Under the pieces are notes generated by a model. It saw nothing but the letters and a program-made list of their open reading frames with translations. It made no database searches and was not told where the DNA came from. This document shows positions 52,280-64,000 of a DNA stretch of 64,000 nt, piece after piece; position 1 is the stretch's first letter; each line of letters starts with the position of its first letter. Made by a program: the position numbers and the translations under genes. The DNA is from Octopus sinensis. Its lineage: Eukaryota. The stretch lies in contig NC_043009.1 in assembly GCF_006345805.1 (NCBI RefSeq), positions 11,470,001 through 11,534,000 of the forward strand, read 5' to 3'.

Positions 52280-52319
52280 TATAATTAATATAATTAATAT
52301 ATATATATATTAATCTTAA

Positions 52320-52351
<32 letters not shown>

Positions 52352-53235
52352 TATATATAATTAATATAATTAATATATAATATATATAATTAATCTTAAA
52401 ATATATATATATATATATATATGGCCGTCAGTTGTCGGCTACTACTACTGTCAATGTCACGTGGCTTTGAGCTGCCTGAATAAGAGAAATAAAAGAGACT
52501 GGCTACAGGTAAGACTATTTTGTCTTTTTTAGTTCGGTGGGGATTTATTGTTATGTTATTTTTAATAGACACCTGCTGAACTCTAAGCATTTTTGTCTGC
52601 CTGTGGTGCGTCTAGTTGTACTCACTTTCTAGTGAGTTAAATTTTTTTTTCTCTTTTGGTGGGCGTATCTCGCTACCAAAATATTGTTTCTGTACCTAGT
52701 TTGTTGAAATTCCTGCCTTGGAGTACCTGGTTTACTGTAGTTCCTGCTTCGCAGTACCTGATTTTGCTGTTGCTACCAAGTTCCAGTTTGGGTCAGGAGT
52801 ACCTGTGGCCGGAAGAGAGGAGTATCGCTTATGGCCGGGTGGCTCCAGCATGACACACGCTTTATGCTTGAGTGAGGCGTGGGAAATGGCGGGGTTCGGG
52901 GTCAGAAGCGATACTGAATTTCAAGATGATGTCGAAGAAGAGGACTACGGGTAAGAGGTAGGAAAGCCTCGTCATTATAAAATGATAAGAGGTTTGAAAC
53001 CTCATTCTGTTTATTCCAAATAGAACATTGTTTTCGGGAGACGGCGGTCGCTTCCCTCATTCATATTTTTATATTCATTTCATCCCATTATTGTAATTTT
53101 CCAGCCCGCAGTTAATCTACGGCCCCTGTTGAAAATTGTATGAAATAATATATATATATATATATTACGGAGATGTACTTGCATAGCAAGTAATTTGATC
53201 TGAGATCGTGTGCTGAAATGATTGTATATATATAT

Positions 53236-53545
53236 ATCACCGTGATCACTGTGACCGACCAGGCTATCAGATGTTGCTTCACATCGCTGGTCACAATGCG
53301 CTTCGCATTGTTTTAGCCTTCAAATGACGCCACCCTGGTGGCTAAGCGAGCAGGCCAACGGAAGAAAGAATGAGAGAAAGTTGTGGCGAAAGAGTACAGC
53401 AGGGATCGACACCTCTCCCTGGCGGAGCTTCGTGGAGCTTTAGACGTTTTCGCTCAATAAACACTCACAACGTCTGGTCTGGGAATCGAAACCGCGATCC
53501 TACGAACGCGAGTCCGCTGCCCTAACCACTGGGCATTGTGCCTCC
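53236..53545 (-). mobile_element. SINE type C with tail 2
   Basis: Matches 21521-21795 and 56323-56626. Confidence 0.88.
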
Positions 53546-53547
53546 AC

Positions 53548-53599
<52 letters not shown>

Positions 53600-53765
53600 A
53601 TGACGGGCTTCTTTCGGTTTCAGACTACCAAATCCTTTCACAAGACTTTGGTCGGCCAAAGTCTATAGTATAACCCATTTGTCCAAAATACCACGCTGTG
53701 GAACTGAACCTGAATTGTTGCAGTTAGAAAGTAAACTTCTTGCCACATGGACACACCTGCGCCTG
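53600..53765 (-). mobile_element. SINE type A 5' half, diverged
   Basis: gacgggcttctttcggtttc...ctttggtcggcc...gtggaactgaacc...acacctgcgcc; similar relics at 56810-56945 and 60087-60245. Confidence 0.7.
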
Positions 53766-54031
53766 TGTGTGTTGTGTGTGTGTGTGCGTGTGTGTGTGTG
53801 TGTATATCTGTGTGTATTATTTAGTATCAGCTTGACTCAGCTCCATACAACTTAAAGATTCGTAGGATCCAAGAACAAACCTATATCGTCAGGTATCAAG
53901 ATGCCTGGCGAGTTAGGTTCGCTCCACAAGTATGGAACTGAATCAAACTGTTACTGAATCATATATGTAACTCCTACCAAACTACAAAATATTTTGAGAA
54001 CCTCTTCTATTTTCTGTAACCAACAAGAGGA

Positions 54032-54453
54032 GGATCTTTTCGGTTTGAACGGCAGCTTTATCATAATTTCTAGGGAACTAAACACTTTTAAACTTCGTAT
54101 ACTGGTAGAATGTGTTTATAAAACATATTTTTCTCTTGGCTTTATTGAGAAAATTCTATAGTCTGTAAGTCTTTGTTGTTGTTTTTTCCTCAATTTCTGC
54201 AATTTCAATCAATCATTGACGTCCATTGAGGTAAAAAACATTCTGTGCTGTATGAATATGTCCCTCGTTTAAGAAACAGATTGGGATTATTTACATTTGT
54301 GAAGAAAAAAAGATACCCTTCCCCCCACCCTTAACCCTAACCCTAACCCTAAAACAGATTGAAATGCAATAGATCGATACTAGGGTCATAATTATGGGTG
54401 ACAATTTCATATGAGACCGCTAGAAAAAACTGCCGTTCAAGCCGAAAAGATGC
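54032..54453 (-). mobile_element. Second copy of the TTAGGG-containing MITE, opposite orientation, perfect 8-bp TSD
   Basis: TIRs as at 6029; cccttaaccctaaccctaaccctaaaa near 54328-54354; TSD caagagga at 54024-54031 and 54454-54461. Confidence 0.9.
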
Positions 54454-55206
54454 CAAGAGGAAACTGCAGTGGTATAATTAATCTTAAAATTTATCGACTC
54501 CAGAACTTGTTCTGCAGAGATAAGATGACAAAGTGTGACAATATCCCTAGTTGTCACTTAGCATCATAAAAATGATATCAAACATTTCTTCAAGCATAAA
54601 AGTTAAATTTTATCTCAAATTAATTCCTAAATTTTAAAAATATTCTCCCATTCATTTCAGATACGGTAACAGCTACCATTACGCTTGTATTTTATTTCTC
54701 TAACTAAAAAGCAACTTTGAATAAATAATCATAAATTTTTCGTTCATCATTTATCACATTGTCGCTTACCAGCAATTATGAATGCCTGCGTATATACTTA
54801 AATATATATATATATTTGTATATTTGCATGTATGTATGTTTATTAATGTATGTATGCATATTTCATGCATGTATATATGTATGTTTATGCATGAATATAG
54901 ATAAATAGATATTTATAATTATATACATATATACACATTTTACAGATTCAGATATATCGCACATATACGTATATATGTATATATATATATATATACGCAT
55001 AATATAAGTATAGACGTATGTACTTATGTGTTTATACTTATATATATGAATGTATATATATATATATATATATATACGTATGTATGTTTGTATATATATG
55101 TATATATATATATATATATACACTAAACGTACTATATATATGTGTGTGTGTGTAAATGTATGTAAATATATATATATATATATACATATATAAATATACA
55201 TGAATT

Positions 55207-55269
<63 letters not shown>

Positions 55270-55423
55270 GTATGTAAGTGTGTATGTATGTATGCATGTA
55301 TGTATTTAAGTATGCATTATGTGTGTATGTATCATTTCTCACCTGTAAAAACACTCTATGCGGATTCCATTACAGAAACGTGTGTATACACAAGATAATG
55401 CTGTTCACACAACTCTACACGCA

Positions 55424-55462
<39 letters not shown>

Positions 55463-56265
55463 GCACACACACACGCGCAAGCACGCACTCGCACACGGAA
55501 ATTTACGCACTCCTACAAGTACACAAGCGCACATACATTCCAGCGTGCAAGCTCTCCTACTTGGTGAAACTCATTAGTGCATTGTGTCTCATCAGTTCGC
55601 ACCTGATAGTAATAATTAGGCAATCTAATAGCACCGCAGCTATTTTCGATCACTGAATTGATTACTAAAGATTGGTTACCATGGTGACAACCTAACTTAT
55701 ATTAATAATGTCATATTCCCAGAAACTTTCATCAGCGTATGGTTTCTCAAGCTATTTTTGTTGATATTTTTAATTGAGAAGCTAAAGTCCACACATCTTC
55801 CTTTTCAAACATAACCTAGTTGTTGAGTGCCGGATATGAAGCTCTGTAATATTCTTTTCTGCTCTGTTTAATATAGGTTAAAGTGAAATATTTGGTGTGA
55901 AACCAATTCCGCACCATGAACCAATTATCAATATTTAATAGTCATAACTTACAGCTATGACTTATGGAGCCCATAATTAGTTATCAACGTTATTACCTCA
56001 GAAGTGGATAGAATATACTTTTAACGGTTATTCGTTCTAGTCATTAGAGTGCGGGCACGCTGGGGCACAGTCTTGAAGAATCTTTAGTCGAGTGAATCAA
56101 TCTCAGTATTTATTGTTTCATTTCTTCTACTTTAAGCCTGTTACTTATTCTACCGGTCTTTTCGCGCCGAATTGCTAAGTTACGGGGCCATAAACACATC
56201 AACACCGGTGGTCAAGCTGTAGTAAGGGAGACACATTGGTACAAAGACACACACACACACACATA

Positions 56266-56302
<37 letters not shown>

Positions 56303-56322
56303 ATAATATATATATATATTAT

Positions 56323-56626
56323 ATCACGTGACCGACCAGGCTATCAGATATTGCTAGACATCGTTGGTCACAATGCGCTTCGCATTGTTTTTTTAGCCTT
56401 CAAATGACGCCACCCCGCTGGCTAAGCGAGCAGGCCAACAGAAGAAAGAGTGAGAGAAAGTTATGGCGAAAGAGTACAGCAGGGATCGCCACCACCCCTT
56501 GCCAGAGCCTCGTGAAGCTTTAGGTGTTTTTGCTCAATAAACACTCACAACGCCCGGTCTGAGAATCGAAACCGCGATCCTACGAGCGCGAGTCCGCTGC
56601 CCTAACAACTGGGCCATTGCGCCTCC
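56323..56626 (-). mobile_element. SINE type C with tail 2
   Basis: Matches 53236-53545. Confidence 0.88.
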
Positions 56627-56646
56627 ACACACACACAGACACACAG

Positions 56647-56737
<91 letters not shown>

Positions 56738-59374
56738 CGTATGTATATATTATATATATTATATATATATATATCGATCTATCTATATATATATATATGT
56801 ATATATATTGCCGTCTACCAAATTCTCTCACAAGGATTTTCCCGGCCCCAGATGAAACTTGCCCAAGGTGCCACGCAGTGGTAATAAACTTGGAACTATG
56901 TGGTGAGGAAGAAAGCGTCTTACCACAGAGCCATACCAGCGCTTAATCGATTATGTTTTATGATATTTAGTTAAATTTCTTTATTCTTTACACTGTGAGT
57001 TCAAATCCTGTTTAGTATGATTCATAATCCATCGCTCTCAGTTAAAAAGATAGCTGTGTATTGATTTAGATATAATCCAGTATGATTTCGAATATAGAGG
57101 CGGGGCATAGCGATAATCCAATAAAAGAAGTGGTTAAGGAAATAGTAAAAGAATTAGAATGAATGAAGGAGGTGGGGGAATTTCTCAGAACGCTGAGTAA
57201 ACAAAAATTAAGATTTGGTTACGTCCGTTATCTTTCCAGTTCAAATCGCATCAGATTTTACTTCCTTGGTCAATGAAAAATATACCAGAAACATAAGGAG
57301 GTCGATTTGACTAACTGATTCCACTTCCAAAACCTTCCATATTCGTGTTAGGAATCGATTAATGCAGGTAAAGCAAAAATTTGACTGCTACTTTCAGTTA
57401 GATCTGTCAAGCATTGTTTGGCAATCAATTGAAGCTTGCAGATGTATCTGTTTCCCACCTACTAAAACAAACAGTTATTGGTCAAAGCGTGTCACATGGT
57501 CAAATATGTGATAAGATAGAATAATTGTTGGATAGGCACATATGATGTAAAATCATCCAGTCTAGACCAATACGTCATCAAATAGCACTTATTCTTCGAT
57601 GCTTGTTGGGTTTGATTACCACAGAATTGAATCTGTACTTCCTTGATGTTTTAAAGATAGAACTTTCTTTATAATACTTCATATTACTGGAGGATATTCT
57701 GGCCTTTGGCCCCTTCGTTGATGACGAATTTTGACAAAGATTTGGAGCCCCTCCTCTTTTGATCTCAATAGGTGTAGATGCACCCTTATTAACTTGAAGC
57801 AAAGACAAGATTTTGAGACATCAACTTCCAAAAAATTACACGATACCTTTCAAACATTCTTCCGAATATTTGCAAGTAAAACAAAGAGTAGATAAGAACT
57901 AAACAGCACTACGCACTTTAAACTTAGGATTAACATCATTAAAACCGAATGAAAACACTCTACTGCTTATAGCATCATACACAGAGGCGATGAGATTAAT
58001 TCCCAACTAAAAACAGATACTGCGTGGAACAATCTTCTCCATGCTCAAATCTTATATTACTCTTAAAGAACACAAATCAAGTCTCTCCTCCAAATCTTCT
58101 ACATCTTCGCCGTAATTAAACTCAATCACTGGGAGGTGTATGAGACAAGAAAAATAAGATTCTAATACTTTTTTTCTAAGTGGTATCATGTATTCGAAAA
58201 CTAGGTGTTATGCAGATCTAATTAACATTGTGAACTTGTATCCTTCTGTCTTTAAATCCCTCTTCCTGAAATTCTGAAATCCACTGCAGTTATCGATTTT
58301 GTTTCCAGAATAATAATGAAGCCTAAGAAATAACTCTCATTACTGGAAGGTTTCTACTGAAACAACAAGAAGGTTAATAATTTGTTTCCACACCTTCATT
58401 AATTGTTACAATGAAGTTGAGAGAGTTGACCGCATGCTATTGTTCGTTTTCGGTATCCTCAGAGGGCACGCACTTATTTTCCATAACTACTTGATTACAA
58501 AGAGATGATAGCTTAAAAGTCTCATGTGATATGAATGAATATGCTATAGATACATTTAGTAAGGACTGAATACGATTAACTAAGGAATTTTATTTAAACA
58601 TAACTATTTGTTCTAACTTAACTATAGGAAGCTTCTTAGACAGAGCATTAAATTTAAACACAAACAAACACGTGTCCTACAGAAAGTCGTATGAGGACAC
58701 CATAGGCATACACAAACTATCAACCACCCTCTTGTCATAATTAAGAGATTTGCAGCAGAGGTAAGTGGGACTGTTTCTGATCAATGCTTCGACAGGGACC
58801 CATTTAACGGGTTTATCACAACTATTACGACACACTAGCTAGGAGTGAGAAGGTAGTACATACAGACAATTCAAACACTCACGCGAGAATAAATAAACTG
58901 AGGAAGATAATTTGGTTCTATCAGCCATTCACCTTCATTGCTACCAGCAATGTAGGCAGAAGTTTCCTGGGATTCGCATGACAGCATTTCCCAATGATAC
59001 ATAATTACAACGAATTTTTCAGCGCATACATTATTTTATTCTTTTATTCTTTTACTTGTTTCAGTCGTTTGACTACGGCCATGTTGTTGCACCGCCTTAA
59101 AGGGTTATAGTCGAAGAAATCGACCCCAGGACTTATTCTTCGTAAGCCTAGTACCTATTCTGTCGGTCTATTTTGCCGAAATGCTACTTTACGGGGCCAT
59201 TAGCATATCAGCATTGATTGTCATGCGATTGAGGGGGAGACAAACAGACACATACGCACGCGCACACACACACACGCACACACACACACACACACACCAC
59301 ACACACACACATAAACACACGCTCACACAAATATATATATATAATATATATATATAAGTATATAATTATAAAAT

Positions 59375-59916
59375 ATAATTAGAATTAAGGGCTGGATTGC
59401 CAGCGCCTATGCATTAAAAGTAGATGTCAAATACCTACAATCCACTCTAAATTAGTTCTCTAACCACTGATATAATCATTTTAATGAAGATATCCTTAAT
59501 TTATAAGTATAATTGATTTTTGAGTTCTCTAGTCATTACATTGTACTGCGGGACTGTATTTACCCCGTATGATTTCTGACATTAATCACATGGTCGAGAG
59601 GGACTAGCAGATAGAATGTATACGCAGGAACTGCATGTATATATTGGTATCTACAAATATGTTTATCGGTATGTATATATATTTTTTGTTTATATGTTTA
59701 TCGGTGTATTTCTACTGAGGACTGCAAAGCAATTTCTATTACAGAGCATGAAATTTTAAGATATAGGATTATCCGAAAGTTTTAAATCTCCTTGCCCATT
59801 ACCTCACACCCGACCTAGAGTTATAAATAGAGAACTAATTTAGAGTGGATTGTAGGTATTTGACATCTACTTCTAGCGTATAGGCACTAGCATTCGGAAC
59901 CCTTAATTATAATTAT
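59375..59916. repeat. Fold-back with ~88-bp arms (59375-59462, 59828-59916)
   Basis: aagtagatgtcaaatacctacaatccactctaaattagttctcta versus tagagaactaatttagagtggattgtaggtatttgacatctactt; the spacer contains ctgagga...gaaattttaag (59715-59760). Confidence 0.88.
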
Positions 59917-60652
59917 TTTTCCAAAATTATGTACTTAAAAATTAATTATACCGATACGGTCACTTTTTATACCATTTATTCTTTTGAATAGTATCAGTGG
60001 AATTTTCGAAACATGTGTCGAAAGTAAAAATATTTGATTACACCTGCGTTAACTCCATTTTTTTATTCATATATATATATATATATACGACGAGCCTCTT
60101 TCGGTTTTCATCTACCAAATCCACTCGCAATGCTTTGGTTTGCCCCGTGGTTATAGTAGAAGACACTTGCCCAAGGAATCATGCAGTGGAACTGAACCCG
60201 GAACCATGTGGTTGGAAAGCTAGCTTCTTACCACATACGCAGGTGTAATGAATGTAAAATAGTCGTATGCATAATATATTTGACAAAACGGTGTACAAAC
60301 GCTCATGTCTGAATGGCATTACACTTTCTTGAATCTGAATAAGCAGAACTATTTACTCAAGCATACATATGAACTCACACAATTACATACACTCATCTGT
60401 TATCTATATCTCAAATCTTCACACATGCATATTTATCCGAACATCCTATGCATTCGTTCGAGTGATTACGTACAACTCATATAATTGCAAATACATACAT
60501 ACATATATATATATATACATGCAAATATGCATCAATATTTCACTATTTCATCCGAGTGCAATGAGATGAACGTACATCGCATGGCAACGCACGTAACTCA
60601 TATGCAGATTATTAAAATTCAATGCACACTGTTGCTATTACATACAAATATG

Positions 60653-60708
<56 letters not shown>

Positions 60709-60940
60709 TATATAATATATATTATATATACATATATGTATATATAATATAATTATATATATATATAATATAATTATATATATATATATTATATATATAT
60801 ATATAGATATATATATATATATAATATAATTATATACATATATATATATATATATAATATATTATATACATATATATATTATATAATATAATTATATACA
60901 TATACACACATATATATATGTAATATATATATATTATACA

Positions 60941-60979
<39 letters not shown>

Positions 60980-61074
60980 GCACACATTCAAACACACAAA
61001 CACTAACACATAGATGCTCGTATGTAACTGTAATTATTTAAAAACATACATGCATACATACATACATACATATA

Positions 61075-61110
<36 letters not shown>

Positions 61111-61352
61111 TACATTCACACAAACACACACGTATATGTATGTATTCATATATATGTATATGTGTGCGTGCATGTATGCATATATGCATGTCTACTTACT
61201 CGTGATTTTATAAAAATATTTCCAAGCGCATTCGTATGCATTCAGTCTCTCGCAAAGTTATATACAGCTCCGTGCAATTTTAATGTTATATACAAACCCA
61301 CACTTATAGCAATGTAAAGCATAGTACTTACGTACTCGGATAATGACATTTA

Positions 61353-62214
61353 TGCGAACGGTACCCAAAACAAACCGGAATCCTGCAATGTTATTTTATT
61401 CACTAAGTTTTACACGTTTACACTTTTATCGCCTTCAAAGTATTCTTCCTTCGAAGCAATGCATCGGTCCAAACACGTTTTCCACTCTTTCGAAACAGTG
61501 CTAGAACTCTTGCGAAGTGATGCCTATTAACGACTTTCTTCCCCTCTTCCACATCTCCAAATTCCGTTGACCCAGCTTTCGTCATCAGTGATGACTTCCG
61601 AAAAAGCTCCGGATCAACTTCCGACTGTTCTTTTGCAGTTCACGACACACTTTCACACATCTTCCATGAGCGAGCGACACACAAATTTTGCTGCAACTCT
61701 TTTCATTCACAATTCCTCACTCAAAATTCGTCGGCAGCAGCTCCAGTTCGTCAATTGTTCGGTAACGTCCTCCAAGTTCAGCTCATGAATTTTTATGATG
61801 TTTTCATTCGTTCGGGAGGTCGAAGTTCGCTCTGAACGAGGTTGGTCCTCAAGTGACAGGTAACCGTTCCTAAAGGGTGAAAACTACCAGTAAACTTGTG
61901 TTTTGCTCATGGCAGCAGTCTTGTAAGCTATTTGAAGCATGACAACTGTTTCAGCGGCCGTTTTCCCCAGCAGAAAACAGAATTTCACGGAATCCTGTTG
62001 TTCCTTCGTGTCAGCCCTCACAAAAATCGACGAGCATGGGAATAATACTACAAAACAAAAATGCACCACGTTACAGTATGACCCCACTGAACAACGCCGG
62101 TCAGCAGACTGATGCCTGAAGATCGGATCAAATGGGTTCTAACGCCGGAAGCTTGAAATACAACGGGCTTGTCTCACAGAGAACGTTTCCGGTTACTTTG
62201 GGGGTACCCCTCGT
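61353..62214 (-). mobile_element. Internally deleted mariner element with both TIRs
   Basis: TIRs cgaggggtacccccaaagtaaccggaa / cgaacggtacccaaaacaaaccggaa; EQQDSVKFCFLLGKTAAETVVMLQIAY..MSKTQVY, SLEDQPRS, RVAAKFV, VITDDESWV (first catalytic D), then a jump to the C-terminus KTCLDRCIASKEEYFEGD. Confidence 0.9.
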
Positions 62215-62262
62215 TTATATCCTTTTACAGTTGCTTACACACAAACACTCTGCAAATACATA

Positions 62263-62674
62263 CTCTTTTACTCTTTTACTTGTTTCAGTCATTTGACTGT
62301 GACCATGCTGGAGCACCGCCTTTTGTCGACCAAATCGACCCCAAGACTTATTCATTGTAAGTCTAGTACTTATTCTATCGGGCTCCTTTTACCGAACCGC
62401 TAAGTTACGGGGACGTAAACACATCAGCATCGGTTGTCAAGCGATGTTGGGGGGACAAACACAGACACGCAAACATATACACACAGATAAATATATATAT
62501 ATACATATATACGGCGGGCTTCTTTCAGTTTCCGTCTACCAAATCCACTCACAAGGCTTTGGTCGGCCCGAGGCTATAGTAGAAGGCACTTGTCCAAGGT
62601 GCCACGGAGTGGGACTGAACCCAGAACCATGTGGCTCGTAAGCAAGCAACTTACCACACAGCCACTCCTACGCC
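62263..62674 (-). mobile_element. SINE type A, full length
   Basis: Reverse complement of the 28892-29299 pattern. Confidence 0.9.
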
Positions 62675-64000
62675 TATACATGCAAACATTTTATATACAT
62701 CGTCACACACCTTCGTTTTAAATACACAATTGCATATAACTGCAAGCGTGCGCATTAGAAAATATGTAGTCATTTCTTTACAAATCATTCAAACATAGTC
62801 ATATATGCATATAAGCATACAAACATATATGGTTACGTATATACATGCATATATGCATTCATATATACATATATACATAGTTGCATATATATACATTTGT
62901 GCATGCTTGTTTACATACACACATCTCAACAATACAGCCATGTTCAGACTGTCGGTGAAACGTTTAATATCGACAGATGCCACTTTACACTTTCAAAGTT
63001 TTGTATTACACAATTTGTCAATATTCAATAGAATATCGATTTTGTGGCTCAGCATTGATATAGGTAAGCTCCCAGCTGAATAATCTTTGTGTACAGTATC
63101 CACTGCTAGTTGTAGTCATTTCACTTCATTATTTTATCTTATTATCTATGAATGAACTACCGGAGTAGAGTAAAATGTATTATAAACACTGATTTAAAAC
63201 GGAAAAGGGAAACAGGGACATGTTTCTCCTTTGTGTTTCAAAATATTACGTTATGTGTTTCTATTGTTTATGAGAAAAACAAGACTGGCTCACAAACTCA
63301 TTTTTTCCTTCCTTATTTCTATAGGTGGTATGGAAAGCATCTATCAACATTTTGGCAATAATGGTACAGTATTTCAAAAAAAGAGAAGAAATCAGGTATT
63401 CGGAACACGAGGTAGGCGTTTTCAGAGGTACTTTCGTAATACATATTTACTTGGGTAAGGTACGAAAGTCACGCAATCTTATTTTCATCCATTACATCTA
63501 AGCTATTATGCCTCGTCAAGAGAAAATAATTTATTAATCTCGTCGGTAGATGCCAGAAAACAAAATGTTAACTTCTTATTCAAGTATTTCCATTATCTAC
63601 CGTACGCAGCTGAAGTTCGTGAAACATAAATTACTTTCATAGAATATAAATTTTCGTCCTTTTATAAACATTAAGAGATCATTTTTAACAAGGCAAAATT
63701 AATAGCATATATATTTAGTGGTCCAGAAATACTTCCAATATGCCTTCCAAGAATATTTACTTATATCGCGAGATATTTTTGGATACACTCTTGCAATGTT
63801 CATAGAATAAGGACTGTTAGTTTTTGTGTTGCTCCTATTCATAATATGCCTCATGTAAAAATGCATGATCTTATGCTAATGCAAGAAATCGATGTTTGCT
63901 TTTTCTTGGGAATTCTCTTTTACGAAACAGTCTTCCGGAGTATGGAGGATACGATCAAATTTCGGTTTCTGTAACTATTTCTCATTTGTTACGTTGCTAA

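Noticed and set aside
57560-59000. Possible decayed reverse transcriptase on the plus strand (RCYAD-like near 58204-58220)
   Set aside because: A single partial motif with no ordered supporting motifs; needs BLASTX or HMM search.

Overview
AT-rich, microsatellite-saturated eukaryotic genomic DNA with one 100-N scaffold gap (16582-16681). The repeat families suggest an octopus/cephalopod genome (inference from recognised repeats, not a database result). Only one intact protein-coding gene is supported: an intronless 435-aa TMEM200/DUF2371-like two-pass membrane protein (12416-13723, +). Almost every other ORF in the track is a microsatellite translation or a transposon relic. The rest of the window holds four tRNA-derived SINE types whose heads and tails are visibly swapped, decayed Penelope-like (RT + GIY-YIG), RTE, CR1-like, mariner, hAT and Helitron-like elements, two copies of a MITE carrying TTAGGG repeats, and a LINE 3' end inside a (GATA)n array. 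The most striking structure is a set of at least seven fold-back inverted repeats, several carrying hammerhead-ribozyme motifs. The largest is a 1.9-kb palindrome (37503-39444) enclosing a GIY-YIG/CxxC..CxH endonuclease tail, with a complete type I hammerhead core in each arm. Boundaries of decayed elements are approximate and were read by eye.
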